Shown one piece after another: positions 11,270 through 21,035 of a DNA stretch of 64,000 bases. A model generated the notes under the pieces. That model ran no database searches, was not told the DNA's origin, and was given only the letters and a program-made list of their open reading frames with translations. This DNA is from Octopus sinensis (taxonomy: Eukaryota): the NCBI RefSeq assembly GCF_006345805.1, contig NC_043013.1, forward strand, positions 46,438,001-46,502,000, written 5' to 3'. A program made the position numbers and the translations under genes. The first letter of the stretch is position 1. Every line of letters starts with the position of its first letter.

Positions 11270-11474
11270 GTTAATCCAAACATGAAAATACAACAACGCG
11301 AGGACGTGGAACAAATATAGTATTATTGGACGCTGAGGAAGGAAGGGAAGAAAAGGGGTTTTACGTTTCGAGCGGAGCTCTTCGTCAGAAACATAGGAAA
11401 AGGAAAGATCCTGAGAAGGGAAGACGGAGGGGGAAAAAAATCGCCAACGGTACACACGCGGTCACATTTTGAAT
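11270..11474 (-). mobile_element. About 205-bp hammerhead-bearing non-autonomous element (Penelope pLTR-like)
   Basis: Close homolog at 37323-37526; both abut (TA)n. Confidence 0.8.
11358..11392 (-). ncRNA. Minimal type-I hammerhead ribozyme motif
   Basis: Minus strand: GTTT-CTGACGA-A-GAGC(TCC)GCTC-GAAAC-GTA-AAAC; intact CUGANGA/GAAA core, GUA triplet, two-base-pair palindromic stem III. Confidence 0.85.
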
Positions 11475-12159
11475 GACCGGAAGGAAATGGGTGAAGAAAA
11501 GTTCTTTCAAAGACAGGAGAGTGCAAGAGGAGGTATATGTGTGTAAGTGTGGATATGTGCGTGCGCGAAGGTCTGCGTGTGCGTGTGTGTGTATGTGTGT
11601 ATGTGTGCAATGATAACACGTGTGTGTGTGTGTGGTTGTGGCTGTTAATCTATGTGTGTTGTAGGGCTTAGTATTGTTTAAGGTCAAGGAGGAAGGAATT
11701 AGGAGTGGTTCTGTGTGTTTGTGGTTGTGTTTACTCCCCACCGTTTGGTAACCGGTGTTGGTATGCTTATGTTCGAGTAACTTAGCAGTTTGGCAAAAAA
11801 TACCGATAGAAAAATGCCAGGTTTAAAAATATGTATTGGGCTCGATTCATTCAACTAAAAAATTTTCAAGCCGTGCCCCAGCATGACCGTAGTCTGATGA
11901 CTGAAACAAGTAAAACATGTAAGGTAATTCGTTCTTTTACCTGTTTTACGAGAAGTCTGTAGTCCCCCGGCATTCTAGAAATAGCAGTAAAAAATAATCT
12001 TCTTTAAAACAGCACTTTGCCACCTTGTGAAGGAAACATACATTGAGGAAAATGTAATTATAGATATGCGTTATCTCCAGCCTTCGTGTCGGAGAGTCTT
12101 GGCTGGAAACTGCTTGAGTATAAAACTGATCGATCTGAACTCACATGGGTCAAAACGAA

Positions 12160-12180
12160 CAGCAATATCAATAACAACAA

Positions 12181-12250
<70 letters not shown>

Positions 12251-12600
12251 GACAGTAAACACCATCACCACCACCACCACCAACAACAATAAACTGCATT
12301 CGTTAATATTTACCTGTTTCAAGGCAGCGCGGGTTGGCAAGGTTTGTTTCTCGCGATGGAATCGATAAAATGATTATGAGTTGAGTACGGGGGTCAACGT
12401 GATCGATCTACCTCCTCCCCTGAAATTGAAGCCCTTGTGGAAAAAATTTAAAAACCATTCTTCTTCTTCTTCTTCTTCTTCTTCTTCTTCTTCTTCTTCT
12501 TCTTCTTCTTCTTCTTCTTCTTCTCCTTCTTCTTCTTCAAGAAGCCACTACTAACAAACACCCTCCCCCGTCACACCACCACCACCACCACCACCGCCAC
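12160..12600. repeat. Trinucleotide microsatellite cluster (CAG, CAC, TTC, TAC) with a diverged family B fragment at about 12345-12455
   Basis: Direct reading. Confidence 0.85.
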
Positions 12601-12944
12601 TACTACTACTACTACTGCATCGAGGGGGTTGCAGCCGATCCCGTAGGCGGATGGCTTCGTCCGCTAGGCGCGTGGTTCCGTCCACAAAAGTCGGGGCTCC
12701 GCTTGCCCTTCGCTCGGTCGCCGAAGGCTTGCGGAAAATCGGCGGTAGCACTGCCTACTATAATATACCAGAGCATCCCGATGAGCACTAAGATTCGGGT
12801 TGAGTTGCTCTGCCTAATATAATACACTGGCGTCCTGGAGAAGATGACCCTTCTGCTGCGGCCAGGCTCTTGGGGGACGCACTAGTTCGGAAGCTCTCTC
12901 CCTTGACGGTTGGTGCCGTCCACCTTAATACACCGGCACCCCAT

Positions 12945-13164
12945 TGTTGTTTGAAGATATTGGGTCTACCGGCGGTTTTCACTGTCTGACAAGTCACAAC
13001 AAGGACCTCACGCAATATGCGTGCAATTCCAAGTGATGCCGATTTTAGGGTATTTCTAAAGTTTCCAGATGTTTTTTCAGGTCGGGTGGTATTGAACCCA
13101 GTGCTCTAATGACAATAGGGACAACCTTTATGTTTGACTCTCGTAGCTGCCACATCTTAGCGAT
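12945..13164 (-). mobile_element. 3' fragment of an RLE-type non-LTR retrotransposon (R4/Dong-like)
   Basis: Minus-strand translation IAKMWQLRESNIKVVPIVIRALGSIPPDLKKHLETLEIP, then after a frameshift/deletion KSASLGIARILREVL; matches the 'W..VIPIVIGALG...LQK..LLGTARILRKVL' C-terminus of R4/Dong ORFs. Confidence 0.8.
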
Positions 13165-13510
13165 GGCGGCGAGGTGGCATAATCGTTAGCATGGCAGTAT
13201 TACGTCTGTTTTTACATTGTGAGTTCAAATTCCGCCGAGGTCGACTTTGCCTTTCATCTTTTCGGGGTCGATAAATTAAGTACCAGTTACGCACTGTAAT
13301 CGACTTAATTCTTTTGTCTGTTCTTGTTTGTTCCCGCTGTGTTCAGACCCTTGTGGGCAATAAAGAAATAAGAATCGTTAGCACGGCGGGTGAAATGCTT
13401 AGCAGTATTTCGTCCGTTTTTATGTTCTGAGTTCAAATTCCGCTGAGGTCAGCTTCGCCTTTCATCCTTTTGGAGTCGATAAAATATGTACCAGTTGAGT
13501 ACTGAGGTAC
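13165..13510 (+). mobile_element. SINE family B, two tandem copies
   Basis: GAGTTCAAATTCCGCCGAGGTCGACTTTGCCTTTCATC...GGGGTCGATAAATTAAGTACCAG; central block resembles the Meta/MESC SINE domain. Confidence 0.88.
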
Positions 13511-13594
13511 AAATATTTATCAGTTTCTGGTTGTTGAGCACATTTGGTTTCAGTGATGTTTTTTAAGCGCATCTCATTGCCAATTTATTATCCT

Positions 13595-14027
13595 TACTAG
13601 CAGCATAGCCCGGCGTTGCCCGGGTATGTAAGAGCCCCTAGTAGGCAACGACTAATCCCAATCTAGTCCTTTCCCTCTAGGGAATGAAGGCGCATGTGTA
13701 GGTTGCAATGTTTTCTCTTCACTCGAATACTTCTGTGTATACGATGTTCCTAGATGTCCCTTTGGGCGATAAAAAGGTCGAGTTGTGTCCCCTAGACAGA
13801 AAATGTAAAAAGCTTAGATTCTCGACCCATGTCGAATTTATCGATCTTTTTCAGAACTGGGGGAGCTTTTCAAAATTTTCGCTGCGTTAGTTTTGAATTA
13901 TGACATTGGGCTATGTGTGTGTCAAGTTTCATCAGAATCGGTTGAAAGCCGTGGTCAGGGTGAGGGTACAACCTGACAGACACACAGACACACAGACAGA
14001 CAAACTGCCGTTTATATAGAGAGAGAT
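13595..14027 (+). mobile_element. Helentron/HINE (DINE-1-like) non-autonomous element
   Basis: 5' TACTAGCAGCATAGCCCGGCGTTGCCCGGG; 3' AAGTTTCATCAGAATCGG...(ACAG)n...TTTATATAGAGAGAGAT; same termini at 34150-34542. Confidence 0.7.
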
Positions 14028-14096
14028 ATTGCTAAATCACATTATAATGGGCCTGTTTCAAACACACACACACATACACACACACAAACACACACA

Positions 14097-14160
<64 letters not shown>

Positions 14161-14511
14161 ACACTCAGGAAAGTCAACTAGTTTTGCCAATCGTGGACTT
14201 CGATTTCATAAAAAGTTTCAGTCAACTGGTAGCTCTACCAGAGATTTGTTTCCTACAACTGTCATACACAGAACTTAGACATATAGGAATGGAAAGTTCG
14301 AGAAGCTTTTAACTAATTAACTATTGTATTCTCCACTAAACGACTCTGCCTCAGGATTTTCCATAATTACACTCCTTCAGATTCAATAAAGGACGTATTT
14401 ACTTTGCGTTGGTGTGTGTGTGTCTATGTGTGTGTGTGTTGTGTGTGTGTGTGTGTGTGTGTGTGAGTGTGCACGTGCGAATTTATGTGTGTATATATAT
14501 ATACTCTTTTC

Positions 14512-14692
14512 GGTATTTTGTCTGCCGCTACGTTCTGAGTTCAAATTCCGCCGAGGTCGACTTTGCCTTTCATCCTTTCGGGGTCGATAAATTAAGTACC
14601 AGTTCACTGGGGTCGATGTAATCGACTTAATCCGTTTGTCTGTCCTTATTTGTCCCGTCTGTGTTTAGCCCCTTGTGGGTAGTAAAGAAATA
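14512..14692 (+). mobile_element. SINE family B, 5'-truncated at GGTATTT
   Basis: Homology to family B consensus; ends GTGGGTAGTAAAGAAATA. Confidence 0.9.
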
Positions 14693-14821
14693 TATATATA
14701 CTCTTTTACTCTTTTACTTGTTTCAGTCATTTGACTGCGGCCATGGTAGAGCACTGCTTTAATATATACATATATATATATATATAATATATATATATAT
14801 TCTGGGTCATCCTATAAATTA

Positions 14822-14920
14822 TGCGTGGCACCTTGGGTAAATGTCTTCTGCTGTAGCCTCGGGCCGACCAAAGCCTTGTGAGTGGATTTGGTAGACGGAA
14901 ACTGAATGAAACCCGTCGTA

Positions 14921-14995
<75 letters not shown>

Positions 14996-15180
14996 TTATG
15001 TATCTCTGTGTCCCCCCACCATTGCCTGAAAGCCGGTATAGGTGTGCTTACTTCCACGTAACTTAGCGGTTTAGTAACAAAGACCGATAGAATAGGTACC
15101 AGGCTTTAGAAAAAAATTAATTCTTCAAGGTTAAGCTCCAGCATGGCCACAGTCTAATTACTGAAACAAGTAAAAAATAA
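14822..15180 (+). mobile_element. SINE family A, 5'-truncated
   Basis: Homology to 4365-4775. Confidence 0.88.
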
Positions 15181-15246
15181 GATATATATATATATATATG
15201 ATTGATTGATTGATTGATTCTAGTTTTAGCTCATGAGCTGTGGCAT

Positions 15247-15346
15247 ATGGCGTAGTGGTTAAGAGCACGGGTTACTAACCCCAAGATTCCGAGTTCGATT
15301 CCAGGTAGTGACCTGAATAATGATCATGATCATGATGATGATGATG

Positions 15347-15385
<39 letters not shown>

Positions 15386-15570
15386 TCGAAAAATACCTTA
15401 GGAATGCGAACCCAGGTACGAAATTTCCCCAAGACACCTGATGACGGCTGGAGGGCATATCAGCCGAAACGTTGTGTCAACAACAAAGACGAGGACAAAT
15501 ATCCGTCAAATGTAAATAATGTAAATAATGTACATAATTCCTCATCTCTCTAATATAGAACTGTATATAT
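15247..15570 (+). mobile_element. Composite: tRNA-like head, (ATG/AAT)n, then hammerhead-bearing body
   Basis: A-box TGGCGTAGTGG, B-box GAGTTCGATTCC; microsatellite at 15317-15385; hammerhead at 15433-15478; 9-bp repeat TGTAAATAA near the end. Confidence 0.7.
15433..15478 (+). ncRNA. Minimal type-I hammerhead ribozyme motif
   Basis: GACAC-CTGATGA-C-GGCTG(GAGGGCATAT)CAGCC-GAAAC-GTT-GTGTC; perfect 5-bp stems I and II, intact core, GUU triplet. Confidence 0.88.
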
Positions 15571-15597
15571 ACACCTCTCTCCTATTTCTCATTCATA

Positions 15598-16018
15598 GGA
15601 TCTTTTCGGTTTGAACGGCAGTTTTTAACATAATTTCTAGGTAACTAAAAAATGTTAAACTTCGTATACTGGTAGAATGTGTTTATAAAACATCTTTTCT
15701 CTTGGCTTTATTGAGAAAACTCTATTATATTGTAAGATATTTGTTGTTTTATTTCTTCATTTTCTGTAATTTCAACCAATCACTGATGTCCATTGAGGTA
15801 AAAAAAACATTCTGTGCCGTATGAATATGTCCCTCGTTTAAGAAACAGATTGGATTTATTTACATTTGCGAAGAAAAAAAAAGATACCCTTCCCCCCACC
15901 CCTAACCCTAACCCTAAAACAGATTGAAATGCAATGGATCGATACTAGGGTCATAATTATGGGTGACAATTTCATATGACACCGCTAGAAAAAACTGCCG
16001 TTCAAACCGAAAAGATCC
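15598..16018. mobile_element. MITE with 29-bp perfect TIRs, internal (CCCTAA)n and probable 8-bp TSD (hAT-like)
   Basis: TIR GGATCTTTTCGGTTTGAACGGCAGTTTTT / AAAAACTGCCGTTCAAACCGAAAAGATCC; flanks CATTCATA / CGTTCATG (6/8); second copy at 51543-51956. Confidence 0.9.
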
Positions 16019-16460
16019 CGTTCATGTATTACGTTGCACACATATACACATCATCAACCCATTCATGTAGTAACACACACACACACATGCATGACTTTGC
16101 CATTCATGTATTAAAATATACACTTAAACACAAACTTACACACGTGTTCACACCTGACTCCTCCATTCATGCAGTAACATACATACATACATGCACATGT
16201 ACACCCATTACTGTTCCATTCATGGAGTAAGTTGCATACACAGACTCTACTCTCCATCCACATGTTACAAAGCGAAAACACACACTCTCCGCTCTCCCCA
16301 TTCATGCGTTAGCACGCGCACACATGTATTAGCATGCGCTCACATACACGTGCGTCCCACTTCCATTCATGTAGTACCAGCCAAACCCCCCTACAGCACA
16401 TGCCCCCTCACTCTCTCCCATTCATGTAGTGACAACCACAAACTTACACGTGCGTCCATA
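16019..16460. repeat. Degenerate array of a CCATTCATG motif with divergent CA-rich spacers
   Basis: Exact CCATTCATG at 16059, 16100, 16163, 16216, 16298, 16363, 16418. Confidence 0.8.
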
Positions 16461-16910
16461 TACAAACAGAAGTGAGTGTGTTTACAAATTCATAATGTTC
16501 TTTCACAAAGCATGCCCCATTGACTTGGCAACATTGCAAACACGAGGTTCTATATAACTGTTGGGCTTAATTACGAGAGCGAGAGAGGTAGAGAGACTGA
16601 GAGCGAGAGAGAGAAATGACAGAGAGGGAGAGAGAGACAGTAAGGTGGGGAGAAAGAGAAATAGAAGGAGGAAGAGGTTGGCTTTAGCGACCGACTGGTG
16701 TGTAATAGCTTTTGCTGGCATTGTCGTATTGACTTCACCGGTATGGTCGTATTGACATAAACATATCTTTTAAAGACTTCACAAATGTTACAAGAAAGAA
16801 ATATATATATTTGTTACTTAGAAAAAGAGTTACTAAACGATTTATTTGCAATGAGAATCACTGAACAAATACAAATGTACATGCAGTGGTGTGTGTGTGC
16901 GTGTGTGTGT

Positions 16911-16954
<44 letters not shown>

Positions 16955-17164
16955 GTGTGTGCGTGTGTGTGTGAGTGTGTGTGTGGACACGTCACAAAAT
17001 TCGTTGTTTTACTTTGAAATCAAATCTGGCTAATTCTTACAGCGTGGATAAAACGTGATTTAAGCAAACAAGAACCAAAGCGCTTGCCAGCACCAGCAAC
17101 ACCGACAGCAGCACTATCAGCAGCAACACTAGAGGTAGCAGAAGCCGCAGCAGCAGCAGCAGCG

Positions 17165-17545
17165 GTGGAGGCGGAATGGCCCAATGGTTAGGGCAGCGGA
17201 CTCGCGGTCAGAGGATCACGGTTTCGATTCTCAGACCGGGCGTTGTGCGTGTTTATTGAGCGAAAACACCTAAAGCTCCACGAGGCTCCGGCAGGGGGTG
17301 GTGGCGACCCCTGTTGTACTCTTTCGCTCCAACTTTCTCTCACTCTTTCTTCCTGTTTCTTGTCCCCGACTTCCTACGCAACCGCTGAGCCTGGATACGC
17401 ATTCATCCATCTGTCGATGCTCTCGGTGTTGGGGATTGACCTGCTTTCTCTTCTGCGGGTCTTACGAATAGCAAAGGACCACGTTTCGGACTTCTCCCAA
17501 GAGGACGAAGACCGCTTCGCTCAACAACAGCAACAGCAGCAGCAG
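17165..17545 (+). mobile_element. tRNA-headed SINE (head shared with 28091-28403, different tail ending in (CAA/CAG)n)
   Basis: GTGGAGGCGGAATGGCCCAATGGTTAGGGC...GGTTTCGATTCTCAGACCGGGCG...ACACCTAAAGCTCCACG. Confidence 0.85.
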
Positions 17546-17754
17546 GCGTCAGCCTTGAGCCATGAAAGGGGACCTCTGTAGGTTTTTTTCTTTTTTTAGC
17601 TGTTGGAAATAAGAACCAAATCTGCATCTGGCTCAAACTTTAGATTGGAAAATGTAATTCTGGATACGTCAAGTTTAAAGAAGAAAAAGATAGACAAGAA
17701 TGTCAGCATTGGAACGCTTTTGATAATAGGTCTCCACGATCTCAGCTGACTCGG

Positions 17755-17794
17755 TTATTGTTGTTGTGGTTGTTGTTGTTGTTGTTGTGGTTGC

Positions 17795-17834
<40 letters not shown>

Positions 17835-17947
17835 CTTCTTCTTCTTCTTCTTCTTCTTCTTCTCCTCCTCCTCCTCTTCTTCTTTTTCTTTTTCTTCTAC
17901 TTCAAGAAATCACTACTAACAAACATCCTCCCCCGTCCCACCACCAT

Positions 17948-18015
<68 letters not shown>

Positions 18016-18016
18016 A

Positions 18017-18048
<32 letters not shown>

Positions 18049-18069
18049 ATACTGCTGCTGCTGCTGCTG

Positions 18070-18124
<55 letters not shown>

Positions 18125-18130
18125 CACTAC
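17755..18130. repeat. Compound (GTT)(CTT)(TAC)(TGC) microsatellite with an embedded 46-bp unique core
   Basis: Direct reading. Confidence 0.92.
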
Positions 18131-18679
18131 TCGGCGTGTTATTTCCAGCGTATTCTTGTTTCACCAAACACAGTCATTGTCTATTTGACTAACCACTTGT
18201 CTAACCGTTAAGTGTCTTCGGCTGTTTGACAAGTGTCTTGAAACAAAACTCTTGGCCCTTGAGTCACTTCTGAAGCCACCTCAGCTAATAAAACACTGCG
18301 TATGCATGTGTGTACGTATATATGTATGTATGTGCATATGTATGTATGTATATGTGTGTGTGTGTGTGTGTCTGTCTGTGTGTATGTATGCATGTATGTA
18401 TGGACGGATGGATGAATGTATGTACTCGTATGCGTGCATACCCTGCTTTAGGGTAACGAGTCATCTGTTTAGCGGTTGTAAAACCGACCGGGCCTATATA
18501 TCCCCTGTCAAAAGTTTGATTAGTAAAATGATTTTTCCAAAATTCTTTGATATAAAATGTTATTCAGAATTATCGAAATACTTTGATATAAAAGCAAAAA
18601 GCTATGAATTTGATAGTGACAAAATTACTTTATAGCATTTGGTTTTTGGGTTTAGTTTGCACGATTCTTTATGCGAGTT

Positions 18680-18986
18680 CATGTGTTGAAGCATATTTTG
18701 TTGTGTCTGGGGAGAATCATTCTCTTTTAGTGCCTTATAATTTAACGCACTCACTTATAATTTAAACCCACTCGTTTACTTTAATTTTCCTAGTATTTTC
18801 GTTGCTTCTTGCAACCTTTTCAATAGTTGTTGACTTTCGGCTGTTGAAAAGGTTGCAAGAGGCAACGAAAATTTTAGGAAAAATAGATAAGTAAATGAGT
18901 GGAAACTTTACCGGTGAGTGTGTTAAATAATGAGGAACTAAAAGAGAATGACTCTCCCCAGACACAAAAAAATACTTAATAGCATG
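18680..18986. mobile_element. Fold-back (palindromic) MITE-like element, about 140-bp arms and 14-nt loop
   Basis: TGTGTCTGGGGAGAATCATTCTCTTTTAG...TTGCAACCTTTTCAATAG versus CTGTTGAAAAGGTTGCAAGA...CTAAAAGAGAATGACTCTCCCCAGACACA. Confidence 0.85.
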
Positions 18987-19079
18987 TATTTTGATACATA
19001 GTTGATGAAATATTATTTAATAGTCTTGTCTTTTATTTGACATTTCTAATCTTAATCTCCTAATACCCAGGATTTCATC

Positions 19080-19810
19080 AATCCTGTAGTAGGAACCTCT
19101 CCCTGGACTCCTTCCACTGCTGTCTGTCTCTGGCCCGTTATTGCCCTAATGACCCCAGGTAGCCAGTGAGACCATCTTGTCTTTGATCGGCCTCTTGATT
19201 ATGTCCGTTGTCTTGGTGTCTACTCTGTCACCCTGATTGTCCATCTGTTGTCCTTCAGTCTCGTGATGTGGCCAGCCCATCTATATTTGTTATCCTTGAT
19301 AGTCCTTATGATGTAGTTGACTCTCGAATCCAGGCATTGGTTTTCTTGTCCCGCAGTGTGATGCCGAGCATGATTCGTTCCATTTTCCGTTGGGCTACAA
19401 TGAGGGCGTTCATGATGGTAGTGTTGAGAGCCCATGTTTAACTACCGCAAATCATCACTAGCAGGATGTACTCGTTGAAGATCTTAAAATTTATGAAGAT
19501 CTTCCATGGAAGTCTTGAGACTTTTCAAGAGGTTTTCCACCCTCCCAAAGGCCGCCCACTCAAGCGCTATTCTTCTGAAAATAGACTTCCGTCTTTCGCC
19601 ACCATCTCTACCAGTTAGACGCAGCTCTCCTTTTCTTCTATGTTCTTGCCGTTTACGGTGATGGGTGCTGGCGTAACGTGCCTGTTGAACATGACCTTGG
19701 TCCTTCCAAGGTTCATGCTGAGGCCGATAGGTTGGCTTGTGGTGTGGATATAGGCGAGAATTTCTTCCAGTTACTTTTGTGCATGAGCTGTCAAGATGAT
19801 ATCATCTGAT
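19080..19810 (-). pseudogene. Decayed RTE-clade LINE, reverse-transcriptase C-terminal region
   Basis: Minus-strand DDIILTA...IGLSMNLGRTKVMFN...TWALN...VAQRKMERIMLGITLRD...IKDNKYRWAGHITRLKDNRWTIRVTE, with stops and frameshifts. Confidence 0.9.
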
Positions 19811-19939
19811 ACTCCAAGGTATAAGCAAGATGTCCAGAAATTACCATTACAATTTGAAAAAAATGAAGTAAAAAAAAAGGATAATTCAGCAGAAATTATT
19901 GGAAAAGATAGGCATAGAAACAAAGCTTTATCAGAAACA

Positions 19940-20075
19940 TCGACTTTGCCTTTCATCCTTTCGGGGTCGATAAATTAAGTACCAGTCACGCACTGGGGTC
20001 GATGTAATAGACTGAATCCGTTTGTCTGTCCTTGTTTGTCCCCTCTGTGTTTAGCCTCTTGTGGGTAGTTAAAAA
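19940..20075 (+). mobile_element. SINE family B, 3' fragment
   Basis: TCGACTTTGCCTTTCATCCTTTCGGGGTCGATAAATTAAGTACCAG... Confidence 0.88.
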
Positions 20076-20993
20076 TAAAATAAAATAAAATACACTTTCA
20101 CGTGTTGATTGATACATCTCAACTTTAAAAGATACAATAAATTGTGGAGGTTGCAAAGATAATTTATGAACACCCTGTATAATATTTTACTAGTTTATGA
20201 ATCTGTTACTTGAAATAATTTAATAGCTGGACTGAAAACGTTGTTTCATGTGACTCAAATTCCGAAAACTTTCGACTTGGATGTATATATCTATTGGTAC
20301 TATCCAGCAAACTACGTCTGTTTCATCAGCCGAGTGAACGCAGTCATTTGATCGATAAGGTAGACTTCGAGCCACAATTATTCAAATTAACCGTACGATT
20401 CGTCATCTTTGTGTTGTATCACCATTCAAGAATAGCTGTCAGTCAGCGTAAAATACAGCGCTATGGCATCAAAGCACCGATGGCAGAAAGACTACACCAT
20501 ATGCTAAATTAGTTTGTGTATTGTTGAAGTATAACTAGTTTTGTTTGCTAACATGTAAATGGGGAGTAGAGTCTGTATATTCCACTTAGTAGATGAATGG
20601 TAGAGAAATGGGTGTATATGTGTATATTACTGCATGAATATGCATTTTATTTATCACATATTTATCAGACACCTGACTTCTACAGGAAAAAAATGTTTAT
20701 ATTGAGGAAAAAAAAGAGAGCAACATTTGTTAAATTGTGTGTATTGTTTCGCATTAGCTTTAAATTTTAGCTTCGGCAGTTCATGGGGAACATCGTTTCA
20801 GCTAGCAACGATTAGCTAATGTCTTAACAACTGATTCAGCATGGACTTATATTTGTTGTTAGTTGATACTTTTTGTCTGTTGCACTGAAAGTGCTTATTG
20901 AGTTTAATTAATCCTCAATAGCACCGCCCCACCCATACACAATACACATACATACACACGCGTACAACCCTCCCACATTCACTCACACTCATA

Positions 20994-21035
<42 letters not shown>

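Larger units (their letters stand above)
11108..11915 (+). mobile_element. SINE family A split in two (5' half 11108-11250, 3' half about 11715-11915) by inserts in its internal microsatellite
   Basis: The two halves are collinear with the family A consensus; the hammerhead element lies between them. Confidence 0.75.

Noticed and set aside
12640-12760. HDV-like ribozyme fold
   Set aside because: Partial P1/P3/P4 candidates exist, but P2 is mismatched and the J4/2 catalytic C-N-R-A is missing; retained only as structured RNA.
15247-15315. tRNA gene (loop TTACTAA)
   Set aside because: Anticodon and acceptor stems do not pair properly and there is no T-run terminator; a SINE-type head. The same applies to the other tRNA-like heads.
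15898-15917. Telomere or chromosome-fusion site
   Set aside because: Only about three CCCTAA units, internal to a MITE that is present twice in the window.
16019-16460. CRISPR array
   Set aside because: The repeat is only 9-13 bp, spacer lengths are irregular, the context is eukaryotic and there are no cas genes.
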